Source of the DNA: Minisyncoccota bacterium
Lineage (GTDB): Bacteria > Patescibacteriota > Minisyncoccia > Phycocordibacterales > UBA9973
Length of the DNA stretch: 64,000 bases
Reading direction: 5' to 3'
Assembly (NCBI GenBank): GCA_041667145.1
Contig: JBAYFP010000001.1
Span: 121,056 to 185,055 of the forward strand
Positions 50,026-59,134 of this stretch are shown here, piece after piece. A program made the position numbers and the translations under genes. Under the pieces are notes generated by a model. It was not told the origin of the DNA. It ran no database searches and saw only the letters and a program-made list of their open reading frames with translations. Numbering within the stretch: the first letter of the stretch is position 1; every line of letters starts with the position of its first letter.

Positions 50026-50078
50026 AATCCGCCCACAGCGGGAAACGAAAAATCCGTTCCTAGTGAGCGGATTTTTTC
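50026..50078 (+). terminator. Hairpin/terminator related to 49375-49428
   Basis: AATCCGC...GTGAGCGGATTTTTT. Confidence 0.7.
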
Positions 50079-50100
50079 TTTTATGTGGTAAAATAATAGT

Positions 50101-50910
50101 ATGTATCTTAAAAAGTTTGGCTTAGTTTTATTTTTAATATTTTCACTATTTCCTATACAAAAGATACACGCACAGACTACTAATACTGGTTTTGTGTCAG
50201 GTAATATCTGGTATTCAAAAGATCCATTTGAAGAAGGAGATAAAATAAAAATATATACTTTTATATTTAATCCTGATAGCAGGGAATTGTCTGGTACTGT
50301 CATTTTCTTTGATAAAACCACGTTATTAGGTAAAAAAAGCTTCGTTATTCCCGGCAAAGGTGCTGATGATATATCTATAGATTGGACAGTGACGACTGGA
50401 GATCATACGATTTTTGGTAAAATAGAAAATGCTAAATTTTTAATTTCTAAAGATAAATATGAAGAAGTATATTTGGCAGAAAACGAGACAGAAAAAAGTT
50501 CTCGAACAGTTTCTAAAAAAATAATTCCTAAAACAAATGATAATAGTATAAATTCCATCACTTCGTCAGTTTCTGACATAGCCAAAACTATTGGAGAAAA
50601 AACTCCAGCTTTCATAACTGAGCCAGTAATTTCTAGTACTAATAAATTAGATGAAATTAGGTTGGATTTAAAAAATTCGTCAGAAGCTAAAAAGGTGGAA
50701 ATACAAAACGACATAAAAAAACTTGAAAATACTAAAGTTGCATTAGAACCTAAATCAGCTACGAGCACACTTGTAAAACCATTCAAATACGCAGAAGTAT
50801 TTTTTCTTACTATCTTTTCTTATTTACTAAGCAATAAAATATTATTTTATGGAATATTGATTCTAATCATATTTTTCATTCTGCGCTATATTTGGAAAAA
50901 AATCTTTTAG
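50101..50910 (+). CDS. Secreted Ig-like-domain protein with C-terminal TM
   Basis: Signal peptide ending IHA; IWYSKDPFEEGD...WTVTTGDHTI; C-terminal TM. Confidence 0.75.
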   Translation: MYLKKFGLVLFLIFSLFPIQKIHAQTTNTGFVSGNIWYSKDPFEEGDKIKIYTFIFNPDSRELSGTVIFFDKTTLLGKKSFVIPGKGADDISIDWTVTTGDHTIFGKIENAKFLISKDKYEEVYLAENETEKSSRTVSKKIIPKTNDNSINSITSSVSDIAKTIGEKTPAFITEPVISSTNKLDEIRLDLKNSSEAKKVEIQNDIKKLENTKVALEPKSATSTLVKPFKYAEVFFLTIFSYLLSNKILFYGILILIIFFILRYIWKKIF

Positions 50911-50926
50911 CATGTAGAATGTAGTT

Positions 50927-51196
50927 ATGACACTTAGAATTTTAGCTGTTTTTGTGTTATTAATATCTATACTTTATATGCCTTTTTGGGTGTCTGCCAT
51001 ATTAGCCTTAGCGGGAATGATTTATTTCTCATTATTCTGGGAGAGTGCTATTTTGTTCTTACTTTCAGATCTACTCTTTGGAGTAAAAGAAGCTAGATTT
51101 TTAGATATAACATTCATTTCTTTTATTGTGTCTATTTTGATATTATTGATAATAGAATTCCTAAAAAAGAAAATTAGAATTTCGAAGGAAATATAA
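50927..51196 (+). CDS. Small membrane protein, possibly MreD-like
   Basis: Fully hydrophobic, LLSDLLFG; precedes mrdA. Confidence 0.55.
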   Translation: MTLRILAVFVLLISILYMPFWVSAILALAGMIYFSLFWESAILFLLSDLLFGVKEARFLDITFISFIVSILILLIIEFLKKKIRISKEI

Positions 51197-51200
51197 AATT

Positions 51201-51270
51201 TATCCCGTACTAAATTTTTGATTACGGGATATAAAGATAAAAATTATTATTAAAATTTTAGTACTGGGAT
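51201..51270. repeat. ATCCC(A)GTACTAAA-type inverted repeats
   Basis: TATCCCGTA...TACGGGATA hairpin plus a second inverted arm TTTAGTACTGGGAT running into the mrdA ATG. Confidence 0.6.
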
Positions 51271-52963
51271 GATAAGAAAAATATTAAGCAAAAAGAAAAT
51301 AAAAAACGCCAACTTCTTTGTAGAACCAGATGAGATATTTCTTGATTCAAAGAATTTACAAAATTTTGACCGTCAACAGTTTGAAGGCCGAATAGAAAAA
51401 CCAATTTCAAAAAAAACCATCTTATTCATCGGCATTTTTTTCCTATTCTTTTTAGGCACTTTTTCAACTAGACTTGGATATCTTCAAATACAAAAAGGAG
51501 AAGCATATTTGGATAGAAGCAATAATAATGTTTTAGAAAAACAAATCATTTTTAGTGACAGGGGAATCATTTATGATAGAAATAAAGTAGAACTCGCATG
51601 GAATAAAAAAGTAGCTGATCTTCCTACTACTATCCGTACATATTTATCACCAGGATTTTCTCATACACTAGGCTATGTCAGTTATCCGACCCAAGATAAA
51701 TCAGGCAATTATTGGCAAAGTGAGTTTATAGGTAAGGATGGGCTAGAAAAACAATACAATGATGCGCTTAAGGGAACAAATGGCTCAAAAATAGTTGAAA
51801 TAGATGCAAAAAAAATTGTGCACTCAGAAAATATTGTAAACCCTCCCTTGCGTGGAGCTGACCTAGTGACCACACTCGATTCACGTATTCAAAAAGAACT
51901 CTATACTCTAATAAAGAATTTATCACAAAGTAATTCTTTCTCAGGTGGTGCAGGAGTCTTAATGAATATCAATAATGGAGAGATATTAACCTCCGCAAGT
52001 TTCCCAGAATATAATTCAGAAATTCTTTCACTCGGCAAAGATACAAAAACAATAAATAGCTATTTTACTGACAAAAGAAAAGTATTCTTAGATAGAACAA
52101 TCTCCGGTCTTTATACTCCCGGTTCTATTGTAAAACCATTTTTTGCTATTGGAGCATTGACGGAAGGAGTGATAGATCCATATAAAAAAATATTATCTAC
52201 TGGCTCGATCTCGATTCCGAATCCTTATTTCCCAGATCAAAAAACTGTATTTAAAGATTGGAAAGCGCACGGCTGGGTAGACATGAGGCAAGCTTTAGCT
52301 GTTTCAAGTGACGTTTATTTTTATGAAATAGGTGGCGGATTTGAAGGACAAAAAGGCTTGGGTATAGCAAATATTGAGAAATATGCTCGACTTTTTGGTA
52401 TTGGACAAGCGACAGGTATAGACCTACCTGATGAAAAAGGTGGTGTGATCCCTAGTCCATTGTGGAAAGCAAAAAATTTCAAAAATGAAGCATGGCGTGT
52501 AGGAGATACGTATCATACGGTCATCGGACAATATGGTTTCCAAGTGACACCAATGGAAATGACTCGTGCAGTATCAGTCCTTGCAAATTATGGAACACTT
52601 GTTACCCCTCATTATATTTTAAATGATACTAAAAAAGAAAACCAAACATCGAAAATTGAATTACCTAAAGAGTATTATGATGTCATACATGAAGGAATGA
52701 GACAAAGTGTCTTAACAGGAACTTCCACACCAATCAACGTACCGTATGTAAAAATCGCCTCTAAAACAGGTACAGCACAGCTCGGTGTAGCAAAAAATAA
52801 AGTCAACTCATGGATTATGGGATTTTTCCCCTATGACAATCCAAAATATGCATTTACTATTATGATGGAAGCTGGCCCTTCTTCAAATAGTGTAGGGGCT
52901 TCTTCCATAATGCGCCAACTTTTAGACTGGATGTCTATCAACACCCCAGAATACTTCAAATAG
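51269..52963 (+). CDS. mrdA: Penicillin-binding protein 2 (class B)
   Basis: RGIIYDRN, GKDGLEKQY, PGSIVK (SxxK), SSD, KTGTAQ. Confidence 0.9.
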   Translation: MIRKILSKKKIKNANFFVEPDEIFLDSKNLQNFDRQQFEGRIEKPISKKTILFIGIFFLFFLGTFSTRLGYLQIQKGEAYLDRSNNNVLEKQIIFSDRGIIYDRNKVELAWNKKVADLPTTIRTYLSPGFSHTLGYVSYPTQDKSGNYWQSEFIGKDGLEKQYNDALKGTNGSKIVEIDAKKIVHSENIVNPPLRGADLVTTLDSRIQKELYTLIKNLSQSNSFSGGAGVLMNINNGEILTSASFPEYNSEILSLGKDTKTINSYFTDKRKVFLDRTISGLYTPGSIVKPFFAIGALTEGVIDPYKKILSTGSISIPNPYFPDQKTVFKDWKAHGWVDMRQALAVSSDVYFYEIGGGFEGQKGLGIANIEKYARLFGIGQATGIDLPDEKGGVIPSPLWKAKNFKNEAWRVGDTYHTVIGQYGFQVTPMEMTRAVSVLANYGTLVTPHYILNDTKKENQTSKIELPKEYYDVIHEGMRQSVLTGTSTPINVPYVKIASKTGTAQLGVAKNKVNSWIMGFFPYDNPKYAFTIMMEAGPSSNSVGASSIMRQLLDWMSINTPEYFK

Positions 52964-52995
52964 ACAAAAATACCCACTTGCACTATAATAGACAG

Positions 52996-53229
52996 ATGAG
53001 TAAAGAAAAAATAATAATTATTTTGGGTGTTTGGACAGCAATATTGCCATATTTAGGGTTTCCTCTTTCATTAAAAAATATTTTACTTTCTATCACAGGA
53101 TTGGGGCTTGTTTATCTAGGATATATATCATTAAGAAGTTCAAAAGCAGGGGAGACAGAAGAAAAAACATTTGAGAATTTCTCAGAAAATCATAACTTCA
53201 CTGAAACACACGAGGGAAAAGGGATTTAA
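52996..53229 (+). CDS. Small two-TM hypothetical protein
   Basis: MSKEKIIIILGVW...; TAGACA-17-TATAAT-6-ATG. Confidence 0.7.
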   Translation: MSKEKIIIILGVWTAILPYLGFPLSLKNILLSITGLGLVYLGYISLRSSKAGETEEKTFENFSENHNFTETHEGKGI

Positions 53230-53253
53230 TAATTTAAAAAGACTTAAAACATT

Positions 53254-54504
53254 ATGTTAGAATATTTCAAAACAAGGCGTGCTTCTGCCACTATTCTACT
53301 TGTAGTCATTTTTTTTGGGCTAGGCATTTATATAGGATTTAATAATAGACCAGAGATTGATAAAGTTGTCAATATTACTGGTAAAGAAACTGCCGTAAAA
53401 ACAGACGCTGATTTTTCTCCTTTTTGGAAAGTTTGGAATGATATTAATGAAAAATATCCTAGTGCAAGTAAAATAACTGATCAAGAAAAAATCTACGGCG
53501 CTATTTCAGGGCTTGTAAGCTCATTAAATGACCCATATAGCGTATTTTTCAATCCAGATGACACAAAGACGTTTGAGAGTGATATACAAGGAAGTTTTGG
53601 TGGAATAGGCATGGAAGTCGGAATGAAAGATAAAGTACTTACTGTCATAGCTCCACTAAAAGATACTCCAGCCTATAAAGCTAATATAAAATCAGGTGAT
53701 AAAATTCTTAAGATCAATGACACATTGACCTCAAATCTAACAGTCGAGAAAGCAATAAAATTAATTAGAGGAGATGTAGGTACTACGGTTAGACTCACAA
53801 TTTTTCGTGATGGAGACAAAGAACCAAAAGAAATTAAAATCATAAGAGATACCATCAATGTTCCGACCCTCGACACTGAAATGAGAAAAGATGGGATTTT
53901 TGTAATCAAACTATATAGTTTCTCTGCGAACTCTGCTTCACTTTTCCGCAACGCTCTAAAAGAATTTTCCGATTCAAATACTGATAAATTGTTGCTAGAT
54001 TTAAGAGGAAATCCAGGGGGATACTTAGACTCAGCTGTCAGCATGGCAAGCTGGTTTTTAGATGGGGGTAAGACTGTTGTCACAGAAGATTATGGTAATA
54101 ATATTAAACCAAAGGCATACAGAAGTCTTGGTTATAATATTTTTACAGATAAATTAAAATTCGTTATCTTGATAGATAGTGGTTCTGCTTCAGCCTCTGA
54201 GATATTAGCAGGTGCGATGCAAGATTATAAAAAAGCCAAACTCGTCGGAGAAAAAAGTTTCGGCAAAGGTTCTGTTCAAGAAGTGGTAAAAGTGACGGGA
54301 GACACCATTTTAAAGATTACAGTGGCTAAATGGCTTACTCCAAATGGTAATTCTATCTCCGAAAAAGGTTTAACGCCTGACTATGAGGTACCTATAAAAG
54401 CAAAGGACATTGAAAACAAAAATCCTGCCCACAATGCTTCTAGCATAGCTGGGACAGGCGGGGATCCTCAATTAAACAAAGCTATAGAGTTATTATTAAA
54501 ATAA
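53254..54504 (+). CDS. ctpA: C-terminal processing peptidase S41 (PDZ) with in-frame family C insertion
   Basis: DPYS, FGGIG, DLRGNPGG, SASASE, FGKGSVQ, DPQL. Confidence 0.93.
   Translation: MLEYFKTRRASATILLVVIFFGLGIYIGFNNRPEIDKVVNITGKETAVKTDADFSPFWKVWNDINEKYPSASKITDQEKIYGAISGLVSSLNDPYSVFFNPDDTKTFESDIQGSFGGIGMEVGMKDKVLTVIAPLKDTPAYKANIKSGDKILKINDTLTSNLTVEKAIKLIRGDVGTTVRLTIFRDGDKEPKEIKIIRDTINVPTLDTEMRKDGIFVIKLYSFSANSASLFRNALKEFSDSNTDKLLLDLRGNPGGYLDSAVSMASWFLDGGKTVVTEDYGNNIKPKAYRSLGYNIFTDKLKFVILIDSGSASASEILAGAMQDYKKAKLVGEKSFGKGSVQEVVKVTGDTILKITVAKWLTPNGNSISEKGLTPDYEVPIKAKDIENKNPAHNASSIAGTGGDPQLNKAIELLLK
54424..54464 (+). repeat. Family C element in frame in ctpA (PAHNASSIAGTGG)
   Basis: 33/41 nt identical to 7980-8020, same frame. 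Confidence 0.85.
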
Positions 54505-54519
54505 TAATTTTAAAACAAA

Positions 54520-54963
54520 ATGAAAGTAATTTTTCTACAAGATGTACCTCGAGTAGGTAAAAAATATGACATTAAAGAAATCAGCGACGGCTACGCTATC
54601 AATTTTTTACTCCCTAGAAGACTAGCAGTAATGGCGACTCCAAAAGCTGTAGTAGAAATAGAAAAACAAAAAAAAGAAATCACAATTAAGAGGGAAGTGC
54701 AGGAAGATCTTTTAGTAAAGAATTTAGAAGAGATAAAAGGTAAAACTATCACTATCTCTGCCAAAGCAGATGAAAAAGGTCATCTTTTTTCTGCAATACA
54801 TGAAAAAACTATTTCAGAATTAATGAATAAAGAATATCATGCACATATAGATGAAAAATTTATTGTCTTAGAAAAACAAATAAAAGAAATAGGGGAGTTT
54901 GAAATCCCCATTCTCATAAAAAATAAGAAATCTTCTTTTAAGCTTATAGTTAAGAGAGTATAA
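54520..54963 (+). CDS. rplI: 50S ribosomal protein L9
   Basis: MKVIFLQDV, DGYAINFLLP, GHLFSAI. Confidence 0.96.
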   Translation: MKVIFLQDVPRVGKKYDIKEISDGYAINFLLPRRLAVMATPKAVVEIEKQKKEITIKREVQEDLLVKNLEEIKGKTITISAKADEKGHLFSAIHEKTISELMNKEYHAHIDEKFIVLEKQIKEIGEFEIPILIKNKKSSFKLIVKRV

Positions 54964-55060
54964 AAAGCAAAAACATACTTTTTCACAGCTCGCACTCGAA
55001 CCTGAATATGGTTAACGAATTTAATATTGCGTATGCTGAAAAAAGTATGTATTTAGCTTT
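54964..55060. repeat. Long inverted-repeat element between convergent rplI and rpmA
   Basis: AAAGC..ACATACTTTTT..CAGC / GCTG..AAAAAGTATGT..GCTTT arms. Confidence 0.6.
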
Positions 55061-55333
55061 TTATATAATATTTACTGTCTTTTTTACGACAGTTTTTCCA
55101 TTAAAGGAAACCTTACGTTTTGAGCCAAATTTGACAGTTCCAGGTTTAAGAGCAAAAAGGGTGTGATCTTTACCTATAGATACGTTATTACCAGCCATAA
55201 TGACTGTACCACGCTGTCTGATGATTATAGAGCCAGATTGAGCCTTTTGACCGTCGGCAAGCTTTGTACCTAGGTACTTTGGGTTTGAATCTCTTAAGTT
55301 TTTCGCGGTTCCGCCAGCCTTTCTATGTGCCAT
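55061..55333 (-). CDS. rpmA: 50S ribosomal protein L27
   Basis: MAHRKAGG...RDSNPKYLG...IIIRQRGT...GKDHTLFAL. Confidence 0.98.
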   Translation of the reverse strand: MAHRKAGGTAKNLRDSNPKYLGTKLADGQKAQSGSIIIRQRGTVIMAGNNVSIGKDHTLFALKPGTVKFGSKRKVSFNGKTVVKKTVNII

Positions 55334-55349
55334 ATGATTATATTTTCTT

Positions 55350-55429
55350 GAGCAAAGCGATTAGAAAATTTTCACCCTGTTAAATAAAGAAGAATTTAAC
55401 AGGGTATTAAAAATATACTTGCTTTGCTC
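55350..55429. other. Nested hairpin upstream of rpmA
   Basis: Outer GAGCAAAGC/GCTTTGCTC, inner ACCCTGTTAAAT/ATTTAACAGGGT. Confidence 0.6.
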
Positions 55430-55464
55430 GTTATTTTTATATAAAATCAAGTATAAACAATTAA

Positions 55465-55848
55465 ATGGAAAAAATCAAGCTCACAATAATGAATTTTATA
55501 GAAAGCGATAAGGGTAAGGACATAATGGTAGTAATTATCATAATTTTGGTAGGTTTAGGCTCATTTGGACTAGGTAGACTATCAAAAGATAGCTCAAATG
55601 AAGGCATAAAAATCGATTATGGAAATCAAGAGGCTAATGCTATAAGTTCACTAAATCAAAATACAAATACTTCACAAAATACTCAGAAATCAATTTCAGG
55701 AAATTTCTTTGCCTCAAGCAAGGGAAGTAAATATTATTCTACTAGCTGTAACGCAGGAAAAACTATTAAACAAGAAAACAGAGTCTACTTTGATACATCA
55801 GAAGAGGCAGAAAGTGCAGGATTTGAGCTTTCTAGTTCATGCCGATAA
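55465..55848 (+). CDS. Membrane-anchored protein with Ada-metal-binding-like C-terminus
   Basis: TM, then ASSKGSKYYSTSC...NRVYF..SEEAESAGF. Confidence 0.75.
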   Translation: MEKIKLTIMNFIESDKGKDIMVVIIIILVGLGSFGLGRLSKDSSNEGIKIDYGNQEANAISSLNQNTNTSQNTQKSISGNFFASSKGSKYYSTSCNAGKTIKQENRVYFDTSEEAESAGFELSSSCR

Positions 55849-55927
55849 TTCAATACGTGGTATTGCCTAAAAGGTATATTGTGCGACGTGGCATTAGTTT
55901 TAGAATATAGCTTAAAAGGCTATTCCC

Positions 55928-56254
55928 CTATCTATTGAAGGTGGGAGCGGCAGATTCATAGTCTGTGGGTTTGCCATCTCTGATACGCTCCATATTATTT
56001 ATAAAAGATTTCCAAAAAATATTTACAAAAACATCGTTCCATAAATAAGATGCGGGTTTTTGTAGATAATCATTCCAAAGATTTCTAGTCCCTCCCCCGA
56101 CATAGGTTATATTGTCTTGTGCTTCAGGGCTTTCTACGACAGACCTTACACTTATTTTAAAATAACTGAGAACAAAAATAAGAACTACACCTAAAAGTAA
56201 AATACCTATAATGCTTATGCCTTTCTTCTTATCGCATGATATAAATTTTTTCAT
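55928..56254 (-). CDS. Small membrane protein with pilin-like leader
   Basis: MKKFISCDKKKG-ISIIGILLLG; ATG 56254 avoids overlap with the upstream small gene. Confidence 0.7.
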   Translation of the reverse strand: MKKFISCDKKKGISIIGILLLGVVLIFVLSYFKISVRSVVESPEAQDNITYVGGGTRNLWNDYLQKPASYLWNDVFVNIFWKSFINNMERIRDGKPTDYESAAPTFNR

Positions 56255-56273
56255 ATTACTTTTTAGATTTAAT

Positions 56274-56423
56274 CTAAGCTGTAACATTATTAAATAATGC
56301 CTTAATCCAATCTATCACATCAGAAAATGAAACATTAAAATAATTTAACAAAAACAAAGCAACTATTATAAAAATAATTAATTTTAAAAAACCGCCTTGT
56401 TGTTTTTCTATATTATTAATCAT
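56274..56423 (-). CDS. 49-aa pilin-leader-like peptide (not in ORF track)
   Basis: MINNIEKQQGG-FLKLIIFIIVALFLLNYFNVSFSDVIDWIKALFNNVTA; TG-g-TAAAAT 5 nt before ATG. Confidence 0.7.
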   Translation of the reverse strand: MINNIEKQQGGFLKLIIFIIVALFLLNYFNVSFSDVIDWIKALFNNVTA

Positions 56424-56462
56424 ACTTTATTTTACCATTTCTAGTATTATTGTGGCAAGACA

Positions 56463-57734
56463 TTATATTTTAGATAGATAATACATTGGATTAAGATAAG
56501 AATTTACTGGTGCGATAGGTTGAGTAAGTACTTTACCTAGGCATGATTTACTAGGTATAGTCTTTACGTCTACAGCATCTTTCGCATAAACCGAGATATG
56601 TAAATGTGGGCCAGTAGAATAACCTGTATTGCCACTATATCCGACTATTTGCCCTCGGACTACTTTATCCCCTGTAGTTACCTTTATGAGAGACAAATGA
56701 CCAAAAGTACTAGCTAAGCCATTATTGTATTTAATTAAAATAAAACGTCCAAAAGATACCCCTGCACACTGAGTATCAGTATTACCAACGCCTGCTATCA
56801 CACCATCAGCCATCGCTTTGACTGGTGTACCTAGGGATGCACGAAGGTCTATCCCTCGATGAAATCCATCTGACCGCATGCCATATTGAGAAGTTATATA
56901 TATACGATCAAGTGGCCAGCTCAACACTCCACTATTCGGGAGTTTAGATGGATCGAGAATGTATTTGAGCTGAGATTCATAATCATCAAGTTCTTTTTCA
57001 AATGCTACCTTTTTTGCTAATCTATCTTTTAATAATTTTTGGTAACTACTTTCACTGTTTTTTGTCTGTGCTAAAAGTTTCTTTTTCTCTGCTGTATTTT
57101 GATCAACTATTTTCTTTTGGTCAGCAAGTTTGTTTTTAAGCACAACAAGTTCATTTTTTGCATCTGTTGTTTCTTTCCTTGTATCTTCTAGATCACCTTT
57201 AATTATCCTCAATCCAATTGTCGTCTCCCTTATCGTGTCACCTATCGATATCATATTATCCACATCATTCCACATAGTAGTAAAATCACTATCAGATAAC
57301 ATAGTAGCTAAAACATCATTCTGCTCAAATTCATTAATTTTTCTAATATTTAAAGCTAAAACATCTGTATTATTTGCTATCACTCCCTGTTTATCATTTA
57401 TTTCTAGACTTAATTCTTTTATCCTAAGATTTGTTTTATCAATTTTACTTTGAGTAACAGCGATATCAGCAACTAATTTTTTTCTAGATAAATCAAGTTG
57501 TTTAATAGATCCATTTAATGAATCTTTTTGCTTCCCAAGATCATCAAGCTCAGACTGGTATTGTGCTATTTCCTGCTCCAATTTAGCAATATCATTATTT
57601 TTTTGATTTATTTTATCATTCAACTCCCCCACCGTCTGTGCATAAGAAAAAACTATAGGACATAACACCAAGATTCCTAGAATAATTAAGCTAAATATTT
57701 TCGATAGCTTTTTGTAGTCGTGATAAAGTTTCAT
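56463..57734 (-). CDS. Coiled-coil M23 peptidase
   Basis: Long coiled coil, HRGID, STGPHLH. Confidence 0.92.
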   Translation of the reverse strand: MKLYHDYKKLSKIFSLIILGILVLCPIVFSYAQTVGELNDKINQKNNDIAKLEQEIAQYQSELDDLGKQKDSLNGSIKQLDLSRKKLVADIAVTQSKIDKTNLRIKELSLEINDKQGVIANNTDVLALNIRKINEFEQNDVLATMLSDSDFTTMWNDVDNMISIGDTIRETTIGLRIIKGDLEDTRKETTDAKNELVVLKNKLADQKKIVDQNTAEKKKLLAQTKNSESSYQKLLKDRLAKKVAFEKELDDYESQLKYILDPSKLPNSGVLSWPLDRIYITSQYGMRSDGFHRGIDLRASLGTPVKAMADGVIAGVGNTDTQCAGVSFGRFILIKYNNGLASTFGHLSLIKVTTGDKVVRGQIVGYSGNTGYSTGPHLHISVYAKDAVDVKTIPSKSCLGKVLTQPIAPVNSYLNPMYYLSKI

Positions 57735-59118
57735 TTTTACCTAAAATCTCTGCAATAACAAAGGGATCTGGTGATTTATCAAGTCCTGAAAGAGCAAAGC
57801 GTACTGGGTGAAGTATTTCTCCCCTATTTTCGAGAGCATTAGCTATTTGCATTAAAGCATTTTTTACATTTTCCATGGAAAAATTCTTTTCATCAATTTT
57901 TTTTAATTCACTCATGGCTTTAAACAAATTTTCAGAAATTTTTTCTAACCCAGTATTTTTATATATCAATTTTTCTTTTTCATACTTTGGCTGTTTATAA
58001 AAAAAGTCTAATTCCCTTCTTTCAAGCATTTCTTTTATATCACCCCACTTAGAAATCCTTTCTGAAATTATTGGAATAATTTTATCTATTTTTAATTCTT
58101 TTGGTAAATATTCAAAAATTTTATTTTTTAATTCATTTTCAGAAAGTTTTTTAATATGTTCTTTATTTATCCAATCCAATTTCTCGTCATTCATCTGCGC
58201 ACCAGAATGCCCTATTCGAGAAATATCAAAAGCATCTATCAATTCCCCCATAGTAAAAATCTCTCTATCATCACCAGGATTCCACCCTAAAAGAGCCAAG
58301 AAATTCACCATAGCTTCTGCTAAATATCCTTCATTTCTATATTCCAAAACATCTTTTGCTCCATCCCTTTTACCTAGTTTTTTCTTTCCATCAGGCCCCA
58401 TGATTGGTGGCAAAGTAGCATAAAGAGGAGGTTTAATGCCTAAAGCATCATATAACGACAGGAATTTGGGAACGGAAGAAATGAATTCTTGCCCACGCAT
58501 CACATGAGTGACACTCATTTCAATATCATCTACGATATGCGCGAAATTATAAGTCGGATATCCATCACTCTTTATTAAAATAAAATCATCGAGTGCCTCA
58601 GGGCCTGCTGATAGATCACCATAGACGAGATCATTCCATTTATAACTTTTTATTTCTGGCGTTTTAAAACGAAGAGGTTTTGTGAAGTCCCATATTCCAA
58701 AAGTTTCCGGCCTATGTTCTCGATATAAGAATGGTTTTTTTTCTAATTCAGCTCTATCACGAAAAACTCCAACTTCTTCTTCAGTGTATGGATCAGGATA
58801 TGCAAATCCTTTATCAATAAGAATTTGTGCATATTTTTTATATAAATCCAATCTTTCAGACTGTAAATACGGAGTATGTGACCCTCCAATGTTTGGCCCT
58901 TCATCCCAATTTATTCCGAGCCATTTTAACGACTCAATTATATGATTTATTGAACCTTCGACTTCCCTTTCCTTATCTGTGTCTTCAATTCTTAATATAA
59001 AAGTACCTTTATTTTTCTTAGCCCAAAGATATGCGTACAAAGCAGTACGAACACCCCCGACGTGCATAAAACCCGTCGGACTAGGCGCAAATCTTGTGAC
59101 AACCTTTTTCTCTTCCAT
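57691..59118 (-). CDS. gltX: Glutamate--tRNA ligase
   Basis: TRFAPSPTGFMHVGG, LRIEDTD, KKLGKR. Confidence 0.97.
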   Translation of the reverse strand: MEEKKVVTRFAPSPTGFMHVGGVRTALYAYLWAKKNKGTFILRIEDTDKEREVEGSINHIIESLKWLGINWDEGPNIGGSHTPYLQSERLDLYKKYAQILIDKGFAYPDPYTEEEVGVFRDRAELEKKPFLYREHRPETFGIWDFTKPLRFKTPEIKSYKWNDLVYGDLSAGPEALDDFILIKSDGYPTYNFAHIVDDIEMSVTHVMRGQEFISSVPKFLSLYDALGIKPPLYATLPPIMGPDGKKKLGKRDGAKDVLEYRNEGYLAEAMVNFLALLGWNPGDDREIFTMGELIDAFDISRIGHSGAQMNDEKLDWINKEHIKKLSENELKNKIFEYLPKELKIDKIIPIISERISKWGDIKEMLERRELDFFYKQPKYEKEKLIYKNTGLEKISENLFKAMSELKKIDEKNFSMENVKNALMQIANALENRGEILHPVRFALSGLDKSPDPFVIAEILGKNETLSRLQKAIENI

Positions 59119-59134
59119 TCTCCTATTTTAGCAT

